63,968 bases of DNA. It comes from Rhynchobatus australiae (lineage: Eukaryota). The stretch covers positions 22,665,683 to 22,729,650 of the forward strand of contig JAUZTB010000107.1 of assembly GCA_034780895.1 (NCBI GenBank), in the 5' to 3' direction. The notes below the pieces were generated by a model. That model worked only from the letters and a program-made list of their open reading frames with translations. It made no database searches and was not told the origin of the DNA. Positions 39,126 to 52,500 of this stretch are shown piece by piece. Each line of letters begins with the position of its first letter. Positions within the stretch are counted from its first letter, which is position 1. Position numbers and translations under genes: made by a program.

Positions 39126-40149
39126 GAAGCATTACTCAAAAACTTCACTGAGATATCAATGCAGATCGGTTGAGGTCAGAGCAGTTTTGACCTCTGAGAT
39201 CTATCTTGGCTGAAGAAAAAGTGGGAAGGAACAGGCCATAGGATTGTGGCAATTCCAGGGATGAAAGGCTCAGTTCCAGCCTTTATAGATGAGGTAGGGT
39301 CTTATAGCAAGGAGGTTACTAGAAGCAGAACAGGGAGGCCTAAAATTTCCTTGTGAAACATGGACAGTGAATTAATTTTTCGGATTCTGATCCACTTCTC
39401 ATTTGAATTTACTTGTAAGAAAAACTGCTTTGGCTTTCCCAGTCAAGTCAGACCTACTGTTGTGGTTAGGGAAATTACGTCATCTGCCCTTTCAGAAGAA
39501 CCCTCCCAGCTTCAGGTAGGCTCCTGCGCCAGTTGTCAGAACTATTGGCTGAAATTGAAGGCAGCATAATGCAGGTGGTGTTACATTAGCATGAGTTACC
39601 TGATGGCCATTGGCTGCTTTTTCTCCAGGCTTCCACTGGGCAAAGGAGGAATTAAAAGGTGGGGATGCAAATGATTCCCATGTTGCGGTTTGGGATGTAG
39701 CTCTACTGCTGTGGAATTCAGAAGCAAATGAAATAAACTGCCAACTTTTAGCAGAGTTAGTGTATTTAAAAATGATCATTGAATAGTTAACAGCTCACAA
39801 GTCCTATCTTAAACAATGCAGTGTTATTTTAAGTTATTAGTTCTGTAGCATGCATCTTTAAATTAACTTGAAAGAACAGCAAATCGTTTACCAGTTTATT
39901 CAATGGTCTGTTAAATACAGCATATATTCTGTCATGCAGTAGTACATAAAGTTCAAGTCCCTTAAGTTATTAATCTGATGAAGCATCAGCTTCCAAGGGA
40001 GAACTCTCATATTTTCATTCAATATGGCTGCTTTGAATCTTTTGAATATTAAGGATTATTAATGAGATTTTTGATGGACTACTGTTAGTGCCCTGGCGTA
40101 ATAGGTGTTGGTGCTGAGCACTCTCTTTATAAACTGTCCAGTCGATGAC

Positions 40150-42270
40150 ACTACATTGATCGAGGTTTCCTCTTTATCAGGACCCAAAATAATTCTGAAT
40201 GAGCTTGCAAAAGTGAGGTTAATAACTTTTTCTTTGCAAGAGTTTGCATATATTTTCCTCCAGGACCCATGAAGTCCCGTAGCTTCAGGACAAACATTGG
40301 CAAGGAAATCACCTCTTGATTCCTGCCTACCAACTCCCTCGACAGTTGAAGAGGTGTTCCTTCATATTGAACAACACTTAAATGACAGTAACCAGAGCAC
40401 CGAATGTTCTCTGGGAGGGGACCTTTAATGTCCATTATCAAAAGTGGTTTAGTAGCACTGTATTGACTGAGCTGGTTGAATTCTGAAGAACATTGCTTCC
40501 TGACTGGGTCTGCAGCAGTTAGTGAACAAGTCAGCATAAAGGACAAAGCTACTTGTCCTTGTCCTCACTAGTCGACCTGTGGCAGATGCATTGGACCATG
40601 ACAACATTGGTAGAAGTGACCACTATCCAGTCCTTGAGAGATAAATTCCTATCTTCGCATGAGGGACACTCTCCTTGTGTTTGATATTACAGTTGTGCTA
40701 AATGAGATAGACTCAAAATATAGCTGGCAGCTCAAAGCTGAGCATCTGTGAAATGGAGGGATGGGGGTGGAGGGGAGGATCATCAGCAGCAGCAGAAATT
40801 CAGCTCCATTCACCTCCAGAATCTGTAACCTCATGGTCCGGCATATTCCTCCTCTTACCATTACTGTCAAGCCAAAGGAGTGAAGAAGGGTACACTGGGA
40901 GGTGTGCCAACCTGATGAAGCTGCAGCACAGGAATACATACATGCTAAACGGCAGAAACAATGTGCACCAGACAGTCAGATCAAAACTTGGCAGTCACAT
41001 CTACACATGAATGGTGGTGGACATTTAAACAGCTACTGGGAGGACAAAGTGCCAAGAACTGCCTCTGTTGCTGGGGCTCAGCAGGGCAGTGCTAAAGACA
41101 AGGTTGAAGCATTGCAACCATGATCAGCCTAGTGTCAAATAGGTTGTCCATCTTTGCTTTTTACTGATATTTCCACTATCACAAAGCCTAGCTTCCTGCC
41201 AATTTGATTCTTCCCACATGATATCAAGAAAAATCTGAGAGCACTAGAGACTGCAAAGACTATGGGACCAGATAATATCCTGGCTATAGTACTGAAGACT
41301 CATGCTCCAGATCTAGCTGAGCTGTAGCCAAGTTATTCCAGCTTACAACACCTGCAACCAACTGCCAATGTGGAAAAATACCCAGGTATGTTCTGTTCAA
41401 GAAATGCAGGACCAATTTAATCAGGCTAATTATCCCTCAATCTGTCTACTCTTAATCACCAAAGTTTTTGTTAAATGTGGATCAAAGGGCAGAATTCAAG
41501 AGATGAGGTGGGAGTGATTGTCCTTGATATCAAGGCATCATGTGATTGAGTATGGCATCATGGAGTCCTGGTAAAACTAAAGTCAAAGGGATAACAATCC
41601 GATGGTTGAAGTTATAACTCACGTAGGTGAGGAAAGTGTGGCTGTCCCAGCCCCAGGACATCACAGCAGGATTTCCTTGGAGCAATGTCCTCAGCTCAAC
41701 CATCTTCAGCTGCTTCATCTTCCTGATCATAAGTGAGGGTATTCAATGATGGTTAAAAGATATTTAGTTCCATTTGCAATTCCTCAGAAAGTGAAGCAGT
41801 CTGTGCCTGCATACAGCAAGATCTGGACAATCGTTAAGTGAGTGGCAAGTAAAATTTATGCCTCAAAAGTGCCAGACAGTGAACATTTCCAACAAGAGAA
41901 AGTCTAACCACTAACTCTTGACATCCAATGGAATTAACAGCATGAGAGTTGCCATTGACCAGAAACTCTACTGCACCAGTCACATCAATACTGTGGCTAC
42001 AAGGAAAGATTGGAGGTCAAGTATCCTAGAGCAAGGACTTAACTCCTGATATCTTGGATCCTTTGCACCAGCTGTAAAGCACAAGTTAGGATTGTAATGG
42101 AATACTCTGAACTTGTCTTGATGAATGCAGTGCCAGCAACATTCAAGAAGTTCCACATCATTAAAACTTCCTATCCACTATCTTAAACATTCATTTCCTC
42201 TATCACTGATGGACAGTGGTGTGCACCATCTGTAAAATTCACTAACATCCTTGATCATCCACATAAATAG
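40150..42270 (+). mobile_element. Degenerate CR1/L2-superfamily LINE ORF2 (AP endonuclease plus RT)
   Basis: Broken motifs: GDFNVHH-like (~40420), LDLVLT-like (~40550), SDH (~40615), KTMGPDNI (~41256), GxxLSSTIFSCFI (~41680); many stops and frameshifts. Confidence 0.75.
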
Positions 42271-43197
42271 TAAATATCACAGTAGCTGAGTACTTCATAA
42301 TTACTATCATTGCATTATTTTAACACGTCTCCCTACAATGAGCTCAGTGAGATTGGAACTCTGCATCTCTGTGCAAGAATGGAAATCCATTCACAGAGCA
42401 GTTAATTTTTCATGCTGGAACAGCACAAGTAGTGAATTCTACCTTGTCTTAAGACCAAAATAGTACAAAAGCAATTTCATAAAGTGTGTTGTGATGCTGT
42501 ATTTGAGAGACAGATTGCTGGTGTGATCTCTGAATTGCATCAATAGTCATTTGAAACCACTCATAATGTCAGCGGAATTAGTTTAATGAAATGGAAAAAT
42601 AACTTCATCAATCCAGTTAGTTATGAACTCCTGTTATGTTCTCTCTATTCTATGCTTCTCAGTATGAAACTTTGTGATACTAACTATGTGCTAAGAGGCC
42701 ATATAAAGGAACCAAAGAATGCTACACTTAATTAGGATCTGCAGCATAACCGAAACATTAGTTGTCCTGTGTCTGTTGCTGATAGCAATGTAGAAGTGCC
42801 ACAAAATTCACAGTAAACAGTCTGCAGTCTGACTGCACTGAATCATCCTCCAAACACTCTGCTGGCCCTCTCCAGCTTTAGGTAAAGTGTTCCAGAATTT
42901 GATGTGCATAATCTGTGTTTAAATCTCTCTGTATCTACTTAATTTGTATGAGCCTGATTCACTTATGCCAATAATAAGATTTACTAAGTGGGCAGCCAAA
43001 TTATAGCTGTCATGTTCACATAGTACTTCCATGACTTTGCATATTCAATAGAAACAGACAGGCAAATGAGCAATGTAGTCCCTCAGGGTGACTACAGTGT
43101 TAGCTCAGGGCTCATGAACTCATCTGAGTCTTAAAAACTGATTGAAATATTTAAATTCTGTTGCCACATTTTCCTCAACCAAAATAGTTGTATTAGG

Positions 43198-43312
43198 TAA
43201 TACAAATGCTGCAGATGCTAGAAATCCAAAGTTAAAACCCAAAAACATTATAAATACTCAGCAGGTGAAGGAAACAAAGTTAATTTTTCAGACCGATGAC
43301 CTTTCATCAGAG
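43198..43312 (-). mobile_element. Penelope-type terminal repeat copy
   Basis: Minus strand CTGATGAaaggtcatcggtctGAAAaattaac, followed by the family arm. Confidence 0.55.
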
Positions 43313-43702
43313 GTACAGGAACCTGAAGACCCATACTCAACATTTCAGGAACAGCTTCTTCCCCTCCACCATTAGATTTCTGAATGGTTCATGAACCCAT
43401 GAACACCACCTCACTACTCCTATTTTTGTAACTTACAGTAATTTTTATGNNNNNNNNNNNNNNNNNNNNNNNNNNNNNNNNNNNNNNNNNNNNNNNNNNN
43501 NNNNNNNNNNNNNNNNNNNNNNNNNNNNNNNNNNNNNNNNNNNNNNNNNCTGAATGGTTCATGAACCCATGAACACCACCTCACTACTCCTATTTGTGTA
43601 ACTTACAGTAATTTTTATGTCTTTATGTCTTGCACTGTACTGCTACCTCAAAAGCAACAAATTTCAAGACATATGTCAGTGATAATAAATTCTGATTCTA
43701 AT
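43313..43702 (+). mobile_element. Rex1/Babar- or L2-like LINE 3' end
   Basis: TQHFRNSFFPSTIRFLNG C-terminus; 3' end gtgataataaattctgattct. Confidence 0.65.
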
Positions 43703-45194
43703 ATCTGGCAGTTTCTTGTTGCTGATGGTGAGCTGCCTGTGCTTACTGTTGAAATACCTTTTACAGCTCACCCAGTATCAACTTGCTGGTAAGTGCCTTA
43801 CCAATTCGAAATGCATGGGGGGGGGGCAGAGGGTTTCTGCAGGCCCCCAGGGGACATAAAGACATCAACTGAATAGGTCACAACAAATCCCATCCATGAA
43901 ACAGCTGAAAAAATTTGCATGCCAACAAAGTCACATCCAACAGCTTTGCTGGCTAGCAAAGTCGCCAAGAAGTTGTCATGACACTTCAGAAACATTCAAA
44001 GGCTATTATGTCAGTTAAACAAATATTCAATTTTTTTAAATGCTAAAATGTAGAGCACCTGAAATATTTTGAAACAATTAGAAATATCAAACAAACTCAA
44101 GTAATTCATAAACATGTAAATTGCCTTTTACTTGCCTTCTCCCTTGCAGCTGTTCTTTCCACTGAAATTGATGAGCTCGCTGTTCCTTTGCCAGGGCTAA
44201 CCTTGTGCAGGATCAGCGGACAGATTCCCCAGATGAACTGATGGGGAATTCAGAGCACAGCCAAGAAATCATTCGTGAGGCTTGGCCAGAAAGTTCATTC
44301 CTCCTGTGTTTTCATCAGAGTCCCAAACATCCAGATATTTCAAGGGAATAAATGCTGAAATTTGCTCACAAGTTATTACCCTTGCAATTTCAAGACAAAC
44401 CAATACATGTACTAGCTGAGTCTATACCAAATAACAAATTTTCCTGAATGTTGGTGGTCCTGACAGATATTTAAAATGTTATGTTCACTTATACATAGAG
44501 CTTTTTGGTTTATTTTTAAAAAACAATAAAACAACTTCAAAAGCCTACTTGGAAAAATGGATTTTTATTTGGTTCACATATATAATTCCATGTCAGCAAT
44601 AAATGTTTACCATGCAGAATTTATATTTTTCTCTCAGAATGCAGCACCTGGGTTTCAAAATGTGCAAGTAGATTACTGACCAATCCCATCTGCTTGTGGG
44701 AGTCGCTGGTCTGTGGCCTGACAGGAGTGGAAAAAGCCAGAAGAGCAAAACTGCAGGTGGCATACATTGTACATAAAATTAACATATCCAGTCTCAATTT
44801 CTGAAGCAGTACAGAGGTCACTAACATGGACTGTAACCCAAATGGGAAAGGAGACTGAAGAAGAGGTGAACATCACTCATGAATTTGTTCGGGCAGTGGT
44901 GAAATTTGGAATAAGGCTGATGAACCCCATGTTGACCTGCTTTGAAAATGATCCCCTGAAGTGGAAACTCTGCCACACACATGACAGTTTTGCAGCAAGT
45001 ATTTGCCAGAGGTTTCTGAAAAAAACTTGATGCATTAGAAGTATGGTGGGTAATGTGTTTGAGTTTGATGGCAACAAGAATGTGAATGGGGGAATCCACT
45101 ACTGCATTGGTCTTGACCCAGAACATAGACTGTCCATTTCCCTCCACAGCTGCTGCCTGGCCTGCTGAGTTCCACCAACATTTTGTTTCTTGTG

Positions 45195-45555
45195 TCAAAG
45201 CAGATGGTCTGTTCTGAGCTCAATCATGGGAAGAGATGACCAGAGAGACAGAGGAAAAATTTCAAGGATGTGCTCAAAACCTCCTTAAAGAAGTACAACA
45301 TAGCCACTGAAAATGAAGAAGGAGCATTCGGAGCATTTTGAGAACCTCAAGACCATGTATTGGATGCATACGGAAGCCCTGCACAAGTCATAGAAGGAGT
45401 GCAGCACTTTATAAAATACCCACCCATCTGCTCAGTCAGCCACCACATACTCTATTCGTGGAAAAGTCTGTGGTTCCTGCATTGGCCTCAATAGCTAACT
45501 CAGAGTGGAAACAAGTCATCCTTGATCCCAAGGGACTGTCTTGGGAAGATAAGCG
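45195..45555 (+). mobile_element. RTE LINE 3' end
   Basis: QRKNFKDVLKTSLKK; gtggaaacaagtcatccttgatcccaagggactg, same family as the 3203 end. Confidence 0.65.
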
Positions 45556-47261
45556 TGAAAGATAGATGGATAAGTATGTGATAGAGAATGGAATAAAAGG
45601 ATATTTTGATAGGCTGAGATGAAGTAGGGTGGGAGGAGACTCACATGGAGCATAAACACTATTATTGACCTGTTGGGTTATATTACCCTGGTTTAAAATG
45701 CTTGTAAACCCAGTGATCTAAAGTGCTCAAACTAAAGTATAATGATAGAGATACATTTTGTAGAAAAGATTTTATTCAAAACTTTTCTTTAGGAAAGAAG
45801 GATATTATGAATATAGGTCATAGATTAAAGAGCTTGAAAATGGTCATATGTTCATCAAACATAATGACATCTGTGGCCCATACAAATGGCCATCTGGGGC
45901 CTCATGGACATGCTTTGCAGATGTTCTTTTGGTTCAATTACTCTGGTTCATAACCATGCTTCCAATGAGAGACCACTTTCAGCACATAGCAGAATCTACT
46001 GAAAAATATTTTTACTGATAGCATTAAGATAAACTAAGAAAAATAAAAAATAAAACATGCAAAACATATCAAGCAATGAAGAGTTTTATAAAGTCTATTT
46101 TATATCTTGGAGCACAGTGGTGGTTTTGTAAACATATTGAGGTAATTGGGGAAGAAAAACGAAAACAGATGTGCATAACTTTGTCAACATTTTAATTTGA
46201 AATTTCAGATATGTTTGTTACTGATTACAGAGAATACTTTTCACAGAACATATATTTTAAATGATATTTTTACAGTATTATCTACCTTCTCTGTTATTAA
46301 TTTAATGTTATTGACCCAGAATTCTTGCAGAAATCTTGATTGTCATTAGCTTTCATTTTCCATTTAAAAAATAATGGAGCAGTACTGTTATTGGTCATGG
46401 CGACATGAAAACATTTTCAGAAGTTTATTCTGAAGTAATTTTAGGTTTCCAGTGACTTAGGCTTTGAAATTACATGTGATAACATTACTTATGAGAACAT
46501 AATGCTTTCAAATGATTAACTGAATATACTTTATTAAGTGAATATATGCTTNNNNNNNNNNNNNNNNNNNNNNNNNNNNNNNNNNNNNNNNNNNNNNNNN
46601 NNNNNNNNNNNNNNNNNNNNNNNNNNNNNNNNNNNNNNNNNNNNNNNNNNNATATATGCTTCTATTGAAATATGATGAAGGAATTCATATGACTGCAGTA
46701 CCCAGTGGCCCACCACTACTTCACTGTATAATTTTGAGGCCATAGTATTCACATCTTACTAGATATGAATAATTATAGCCCAAAAACCTAATACAAATTG
46801 CTAAAATGTATCTTTAGTAAAGGATACCAATGTGTTCCCAGTTGTAACATAGTCCTAGAATAAACCACAACACTGACTTATATTTGTTTAGAGCCATTAA
46901 CAAGACAAAACTATGCTACAGTAAGTATTCAGTTGAAAAAGACAAAAGATCCTTCTTGCGCTAACCTGGAATGGATGACATTCCTTTGATGTGTTTAATA
47001 ATTATGTCTAATTCCTTTCTGTATTAACTCTTCACCTTTTTCATTATTCTGTTGATACTGATTAAAGCCATTCTGAACTCATATACATAATAAATGATTT
47101 ACATGCAAACTAACCAAGGTCCAAGGATCTTTAGCAAATTAAAACAGTCTAGGATGTGAGATGCCATCTTCCTTATAAAAGAAATGTTGATTATAGATTT
47201 GTAACAGTTTGTTTCCAACATTTTGTCTTAATATTTGAAAAGCAAGGCAGAAAATGGAAAC

Positions 47262-47695
47262 TCATACCAGCGAACCGTCAAGAGGTTCCTTTTCTTCAGC
47301 ATTTCCCTGTTCAACAACTGGACCCAGATGGTCCAGTTTCTTTAGCTCTCTTTGATACTTAGCCATAATAGCTGCATACGAACAACCATAAATTGCTGCC
47401 ACCAGCATCATCAGGCAAACAATGCCACAAATGACTCCAGTTACCACAATTGTGGCAATAGCATGACGTAAGCTGCCAGACCGTTGCTTGGCCTTTGGAC
47501 TGCAATCTGGATTGTGGTCATGTTCGATTTTGTGATGCAAGTTTTGGGTGGTGGAGCTTCTGTGGTTGGAGTCAACATGAGATGACTTGTAGTTAACAGA
47601 GGAACACGCCTGGAATAATTCATGGGGAATTTTCATAAGGTCCTTACTTCTTAAATCCTCTGGTTCTGTACACAGAATTTCATCAATCTGGCCTC
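47262..47695 (-). CDS. LRTM1: LRTM1 coding exon 3 (434 nt): end of LRRCT, stalk, TM helix, cytoplasmic tail, TGA stop
   Basis: ttaatacag acceptor; (G)GQIDEILCTEPEDLRSKDLMKIPHELFQAC...LRHAIATIVVTGVICGIVCLMMLVAAIYGC...DGSLV*. Total CDS is 7+597+434=1038 nt, i.e. 345 aa. Confidence 0.95.
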
Positions 47696-48068
47696 CTGTA
47701 TTAAAGCAAAATGAATCATTGCATGGAACATTTTTTTACAATTTGTGGGTTTTTTTAGAAAACGTAAAGAGAAAATGTATTTTCATATAAGCTGTACAGT
47801 CATTACATCTGGAAGGATTCCTGGAGGAACTGAAGAGACAATTAAGACAAATAGAAGAGTTCAAAGTCCCTTCCCTTTTTCCTCTTACTTTTTTATTTTT
47901 ACTTCTGAGAAATCTTTTAATATGTAGAGCAACCAATAAAGTTGCTGATTGAAAAAAAAACATTTTTCATTATTTCAGTACTGACAAACTGAGATGTTTT
48001 CCTGCCATATATTTTATATTCTGATCCCTTGTGGAGGGATTTAAATTAGTTTGGAGTGGGTATGGGAA

Positions 48069-48344
48069 CCTGGCAATAGTTTTAGAAAGGAGAAATGCAA
48101 AATTGGTTGTGGAAGGTAAGGGTTTAATAAGTGAATCAGGAAGGCAGGGGAAAGAAAGGCTGGAGTTAGGAATCACAAAGTATTTTGGCAGTGCTAGTAG
48201 TATATACTTTAATACAAAAAATCTTGAAAATATAGGAATTAGTTTGGGGCACAGATAGTCCTGGCAATAGTTTTAGAAAGGAGAAATGCAAAATTGGTTG
48301 TGGAAGGTAAGGGTTTAATAAACAAATCAGGAAGGCAGGGGAAA
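48069..48344 (+). repeat. 85-bp direct duplication, 191 bp apart
   Basis: 48069-48153 vs 48260-48344, identical except a 3-nt block (gtg/aca). Confidence 0.9.
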
Positions 48345-49094
48345 TATTGTTGTCATTACTGAAACATAGCCAGGCATGGCAGTTCCACATTCCTGGTTAC
48401 AGTGTTCCAGGTTACAATGTAGAGAGCAAGAGGGCTAAAAAAGGAGGGAGTATGACAATGGTTCAGGAAACAATTATAGCTGAGAGGAGGGATTATATGC
48501 TGAGAAGATAAGTAAACAATTCCAAATGGGTTGATCTGAGGAACAAAAAAATGGTAGTTAAATTGCTGGGACTGCATTAGAAGCCCCTAATCAGAGGTGA
48601 ATGGAAGAGCAAAAATACAGGCTACTTGCTGAATTACCTAAACAATAATTGGGATGAGTAGGGTTCTTGAAAAGCATTCAAGAGAACCTTTTATTCAGTA
48701 TACAGAACAAGAGAGGAGGCAGACACAAGAGACTACAGATGCTGGAACCTGGAGCAACAGTACTGGATTTAGTTCAGGGGACTGAATCTACATAAATGGA
48801 CAAAGGATGACAGTGAGAAAAGAATTTGGAGGCAACAATCATAATTCAAGTGGATTTAGCATTGTTATACCAGAGCACAATGACAGACCAACAGTAAAAG
48901 AGATGAGATAGCAAAAGTCATCTGGAAACAGCTACTTGATGTTAAATCACTACTGAAGTAGTGAAGAGCATTCAAATAAGCAATAGGGTTTGTACCAAGA
49001 ATGTTCCTCCAAGAAAAGAAAACAGAAATTCTCAAATCTACATCCAATGAATGTTAAAGAACATAGAGGATAGGATAAGGGTAAAAATGGATGC

Positions 49095-50558
49095 TAAATC
49101 CACTAGATTCAAGGAAATTCCATTAGATTGTAAATTAGCAAGTGTAACTTCTTTATTTAGAAAGGGAGGGAGACAAAAAGTCCAGAATCTACATGCAAGT
49201 TAGTTTAACATTTCTCATAAGGAAAATGTTAGAAGCTATTATTAAAGATGTTTTCGCAAGGCAATTAGAAAAATTCAATGTAATCAGACAGAGTCAATAT
49301 GGTTTTGTGAAAGAGAAATCATGTTTGACCAATTTATTGAAGTTCTTTGAAGAAGTAACATGTGCTGTGGATAAAGGAGAACCAGTGGGTGCACTAAAAT
49401 TTCCAGAAGGCTTTTGATAAATTGCCACATCATAGGTTATTGCAGAAAATGAAAGCTTATGATGCAGAAGATAACATATTGGCATGGATGGAAGATTGAC
49501 AGGCCAACAGAAAACAGAGAATAGGCATACATGGGTGTATTTCTGGTTGGAGAGGTGTAATGGGTGTGTGCACAGGGATCAGAGTTGGCACCTCAACCTT
49601 TTACAGTTTACATTAATGACTTCGGTAAAAGGAGGGAGTAATAGTTGCTAAATTTGCTGATGACATGAAGACATGTAGAAAGGTAAGTTGTGAAAAGTAT
49701 GTTAGGAGGCCACATAGGGATTACGTGGACTATGGATCTTGCAAATGAATAATGTGGGAAAATGTGAAATGCTCCATGTTAGCAGGAAAAATAATAAAGC
49801 ATTTTTCCAAGAGGTCAGAGATTATGAAGTCTTAAAATGCAGATAAAATGCAGAGGGATCTCAGTGTCCTAGTGCATGATTTGCAAAAGGGTAGTATGCA
49901 GGTGATGCAAGTAATCGGTTAACAGAATATTATTGTTTATTGCTTGGGGATTAAATACAAAAGTATGGACATTATGCTTCAGTTACATAGGGCACTGGTG
50001 AGACCACATCTGGAATACCATGTACAGTATTAGTCTTATTAAGAAAGGACGTTAGTCTGCTGGAAGCAGTTCAGAGAAGGTTTACTAGACTTCTCTGATT
50101 GTTTTACCTGGTTGTTTTACAAGGAATAGTTGAACAGGCTGGGCTTGCATCTGCTAGAGTTTAAAAGACTGAAACTGGCCTGATTGAAACTTACATGATC
50201 CTGAGCGGTCTTGACAGGGTATTTGTGGAGAGGATGTTTCCTCTTGTGGGAAAATCTAGAGCTAATGGTCACTGTTTAAAAATATGAAGCCACTCATTTA
50301 AGACAGAAACGAAGGGAAATTATTTCTCTCAGGGAGCCGAGGCTTTGGAAAACTCTACCTCATAAGGCAATCTGAGCAAAGTCATTGTTTTTTTAAAGCA
50401 GAGACAGATAGGTTCTTGATAAGCAAGGAAGTGAAAGATTACGAGACGTCAACAGGTATGTGGAGTTGAGGATACAGTTAGATCTTATTGAATGAGGGAG
50501 CAGGCTCAAGTGATCAAGATACCTACTCCTGCTCCTAATTAATATGTTCATATGTTAT
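49095..50558 (+). mobile_element. 5'-truncated CR1 LINE (RT domain to 3' tail)
   Basis: IRQSQYGFVKEKSCLTNLLKFFEEVT, KFADD (aaatttgctgatgac), LVRPHLEY; tail cctactcctgctcctaattaatatgttcatatgttatg. Confidence 0.9.
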
Positions 50559-51039
50559 GTCAAATACTAAGAGCTCAGCACTGCAGAAAGCCAACAGAAG
50601 CGTAGAAGGTACTGTGGTGAAATTAAAAAAGAACTTAAGAAGAAAAGGAAGGTACACGAAAAATTAATGCAAGGTAAAATCGAAGAAAACTTTGAAGTTA
50701 TTTAACAACTATGTGAAAAGAAAGAGGGCTATAAAGGAAATAATGTGTCCTTTTAGAGACACAATTATTGCCTATACGTGTAGGGGGAAGGAAATTGTAT
50801 AAGAACAAATCAATACTTTGCAACTAACTTCAGAGCAAAAGGGGGTGACGCAGGCACTGATATAAATGGAAATAAACAATGAAAAGTATTGGAAATAATA
50901 TGCAGAGAAGGCAAGGACACAGAAAAGGATCTAGCATCTTTTAAAGTGAATAAATCACCAGGCCAGAATGCAGTGTATCCTAAAAAGAAGCAGGTGAAAT
51001 AGGAACACATGTAAAATTAATTCCCAGCTGGCTCAGACC

Positions 51040-52500
51040 TCCTTGTTTGAATGCTTCCAACCTGGTCTTGGTTCCTACTGCGGCACTGAACATCTTTGAT
51101 CAAAGTAACTGATGGCATCCTATATGATCCTTTCCTCCTTGTCCTCTTCAACCTGCCTGCAGCCATTGATATCATTCTCCTTCAAAGTCTTTCCCCCTGT
51201 GTTGAACTGGATGGGACTGAACTTGCTGATTCCATTCTCATCCATCCNNNNNNNNNNNNNGTCGAGAACTACATCAGGAACCAGACTCATTGTGTCTGTT
51301 ACTCTGATCTGTATTTAGCAGCTTCTGACTTCTTATCCTCAATCTGTTCCTTTGCCATATCATCAGAAAACACCATGTTGGTTTTCAAATGAACACTGTT
51401 GTCATCCAGCTTTACGCCTGCCGCACCTCATGTCCCCCTCCATTGGCTCTAAAATGTCAGATCACATCCAGTGTCCAGAACTGTGCAGAAATATCACCCA
51501 ATTAAACATTGGAGGGCTACAGCTGTAATTGTCTGCTCCTATCACAATCACCACTCCTTGATCACCAATGATGATGTGTGGAACTGAGGGATGAGGAACC
51601 TAATTCTCTCTATGGCCACTGATTAAAACTGAACCAGGCTATTCTCAGCCTTGATATGATATGTAATATCCAGACCCATATCTCTAAGTCTGCCTATTTC
51701 TGTTTCCATAATATCGCTCAATTCAAGCTTTATTTCACCTCATCTCCTCCTGAAACCTTTGTCTGTGTCTTTATTACCTCCAGACTTGGTTATATCAGTG
51801 CCACTCCTGGCTGCCTTTTCTCATTCTATTCTCCATAATCTTGATCTGATCCAAAACTGTGCTGCCTGTGTTCTAACTTGTACTGCCACATTTACTCATT
51901 ATGCTCACTTTTGTGAAGTACATGGTACTTGGTTAAGTAACACCTCAGTTTTGTAACTTTCATGTGAATAAAATTCAAAAAAAAGTAGATACTGGTCCTG
52001 AAATATTAACTATGTTTTTCTTCCCACAGGCGCTGCCTAGCCTGCTGAGTGTTTCCAGCACTTTCTGTTTTTATTTCAGATTTCCAGCATCTGCAGTGTT
52101 TTTTGGATTTTTATTTAGTGGTGGAGAAAAGTCACTGAATGAATTTAATAAGGAGATAGAGAAATCTCCAGACTCAAAGGGGGTACAGGGCAACAATAGG
52201 AATATGTTAATGAGATGGATAATCAGTCATAATTATGTTGAATGGTGGAGTAAAATTCTCATGTTTATTATCAAATCCTTCAATGCTTTTGTTCCTCACC
52301 AGCTCTGCAATCACCTCCAGCCCTTTAATCCTCTGATACCTATGCTTCTCCAATTCTGGACAGCTTTGCATGACCAGATTTAATCGTCGACCTCTAAGCT
52401 TTTAGTTCACCTGCCTTAATATTTTGTTTGATACTGTGAAACACTTCGAGGTGTTATTGCTATATTCAAGTGGTGGTGTAAATAAAAGTTGTTGTAAAAC
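51040..52500 (+). mobile_element. L2 LINE RT/3' region, interrupted at ~51965-52250 by Penelope-type and CR1-tail pieces
   Basis: LIKVTDGI..LLVLFNLPAAID (LLDLSAAFD-like); ISKSAYF..NIA; FITSRLGY; LIQNCAACVLT; tail aaataaaagttgttg. Confidence 0.7.

Larger units (their letters stand above)
48030..51010 (+). mobile_element. Older CR1 element (ORF1 end/ORF2 N-half) split by a second CR1
   Basis: Endonuclease-region remnants at about 48380-49090 resume at about 50560 with a KKELKKKRKVHEKLMQGKIEENF..YVKRKR linker and end near a KSPG motif at ~50950. Confidence 0.55.

Noticed and set aside
46420-47000. LRTM1 polyadenylation signal (minus-strand ATTAAA ~46994, AATAAA ~46530 and ~46424)
   Set aside because: Several equally plausible hexamers in AT-rich DNA; cannot choose without 3'-end data
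49193-49417. 74-aa ORF as a functional reverse transcriptase
   Set aside because: Short fragment of a frameshifted, stop-riddled CR1
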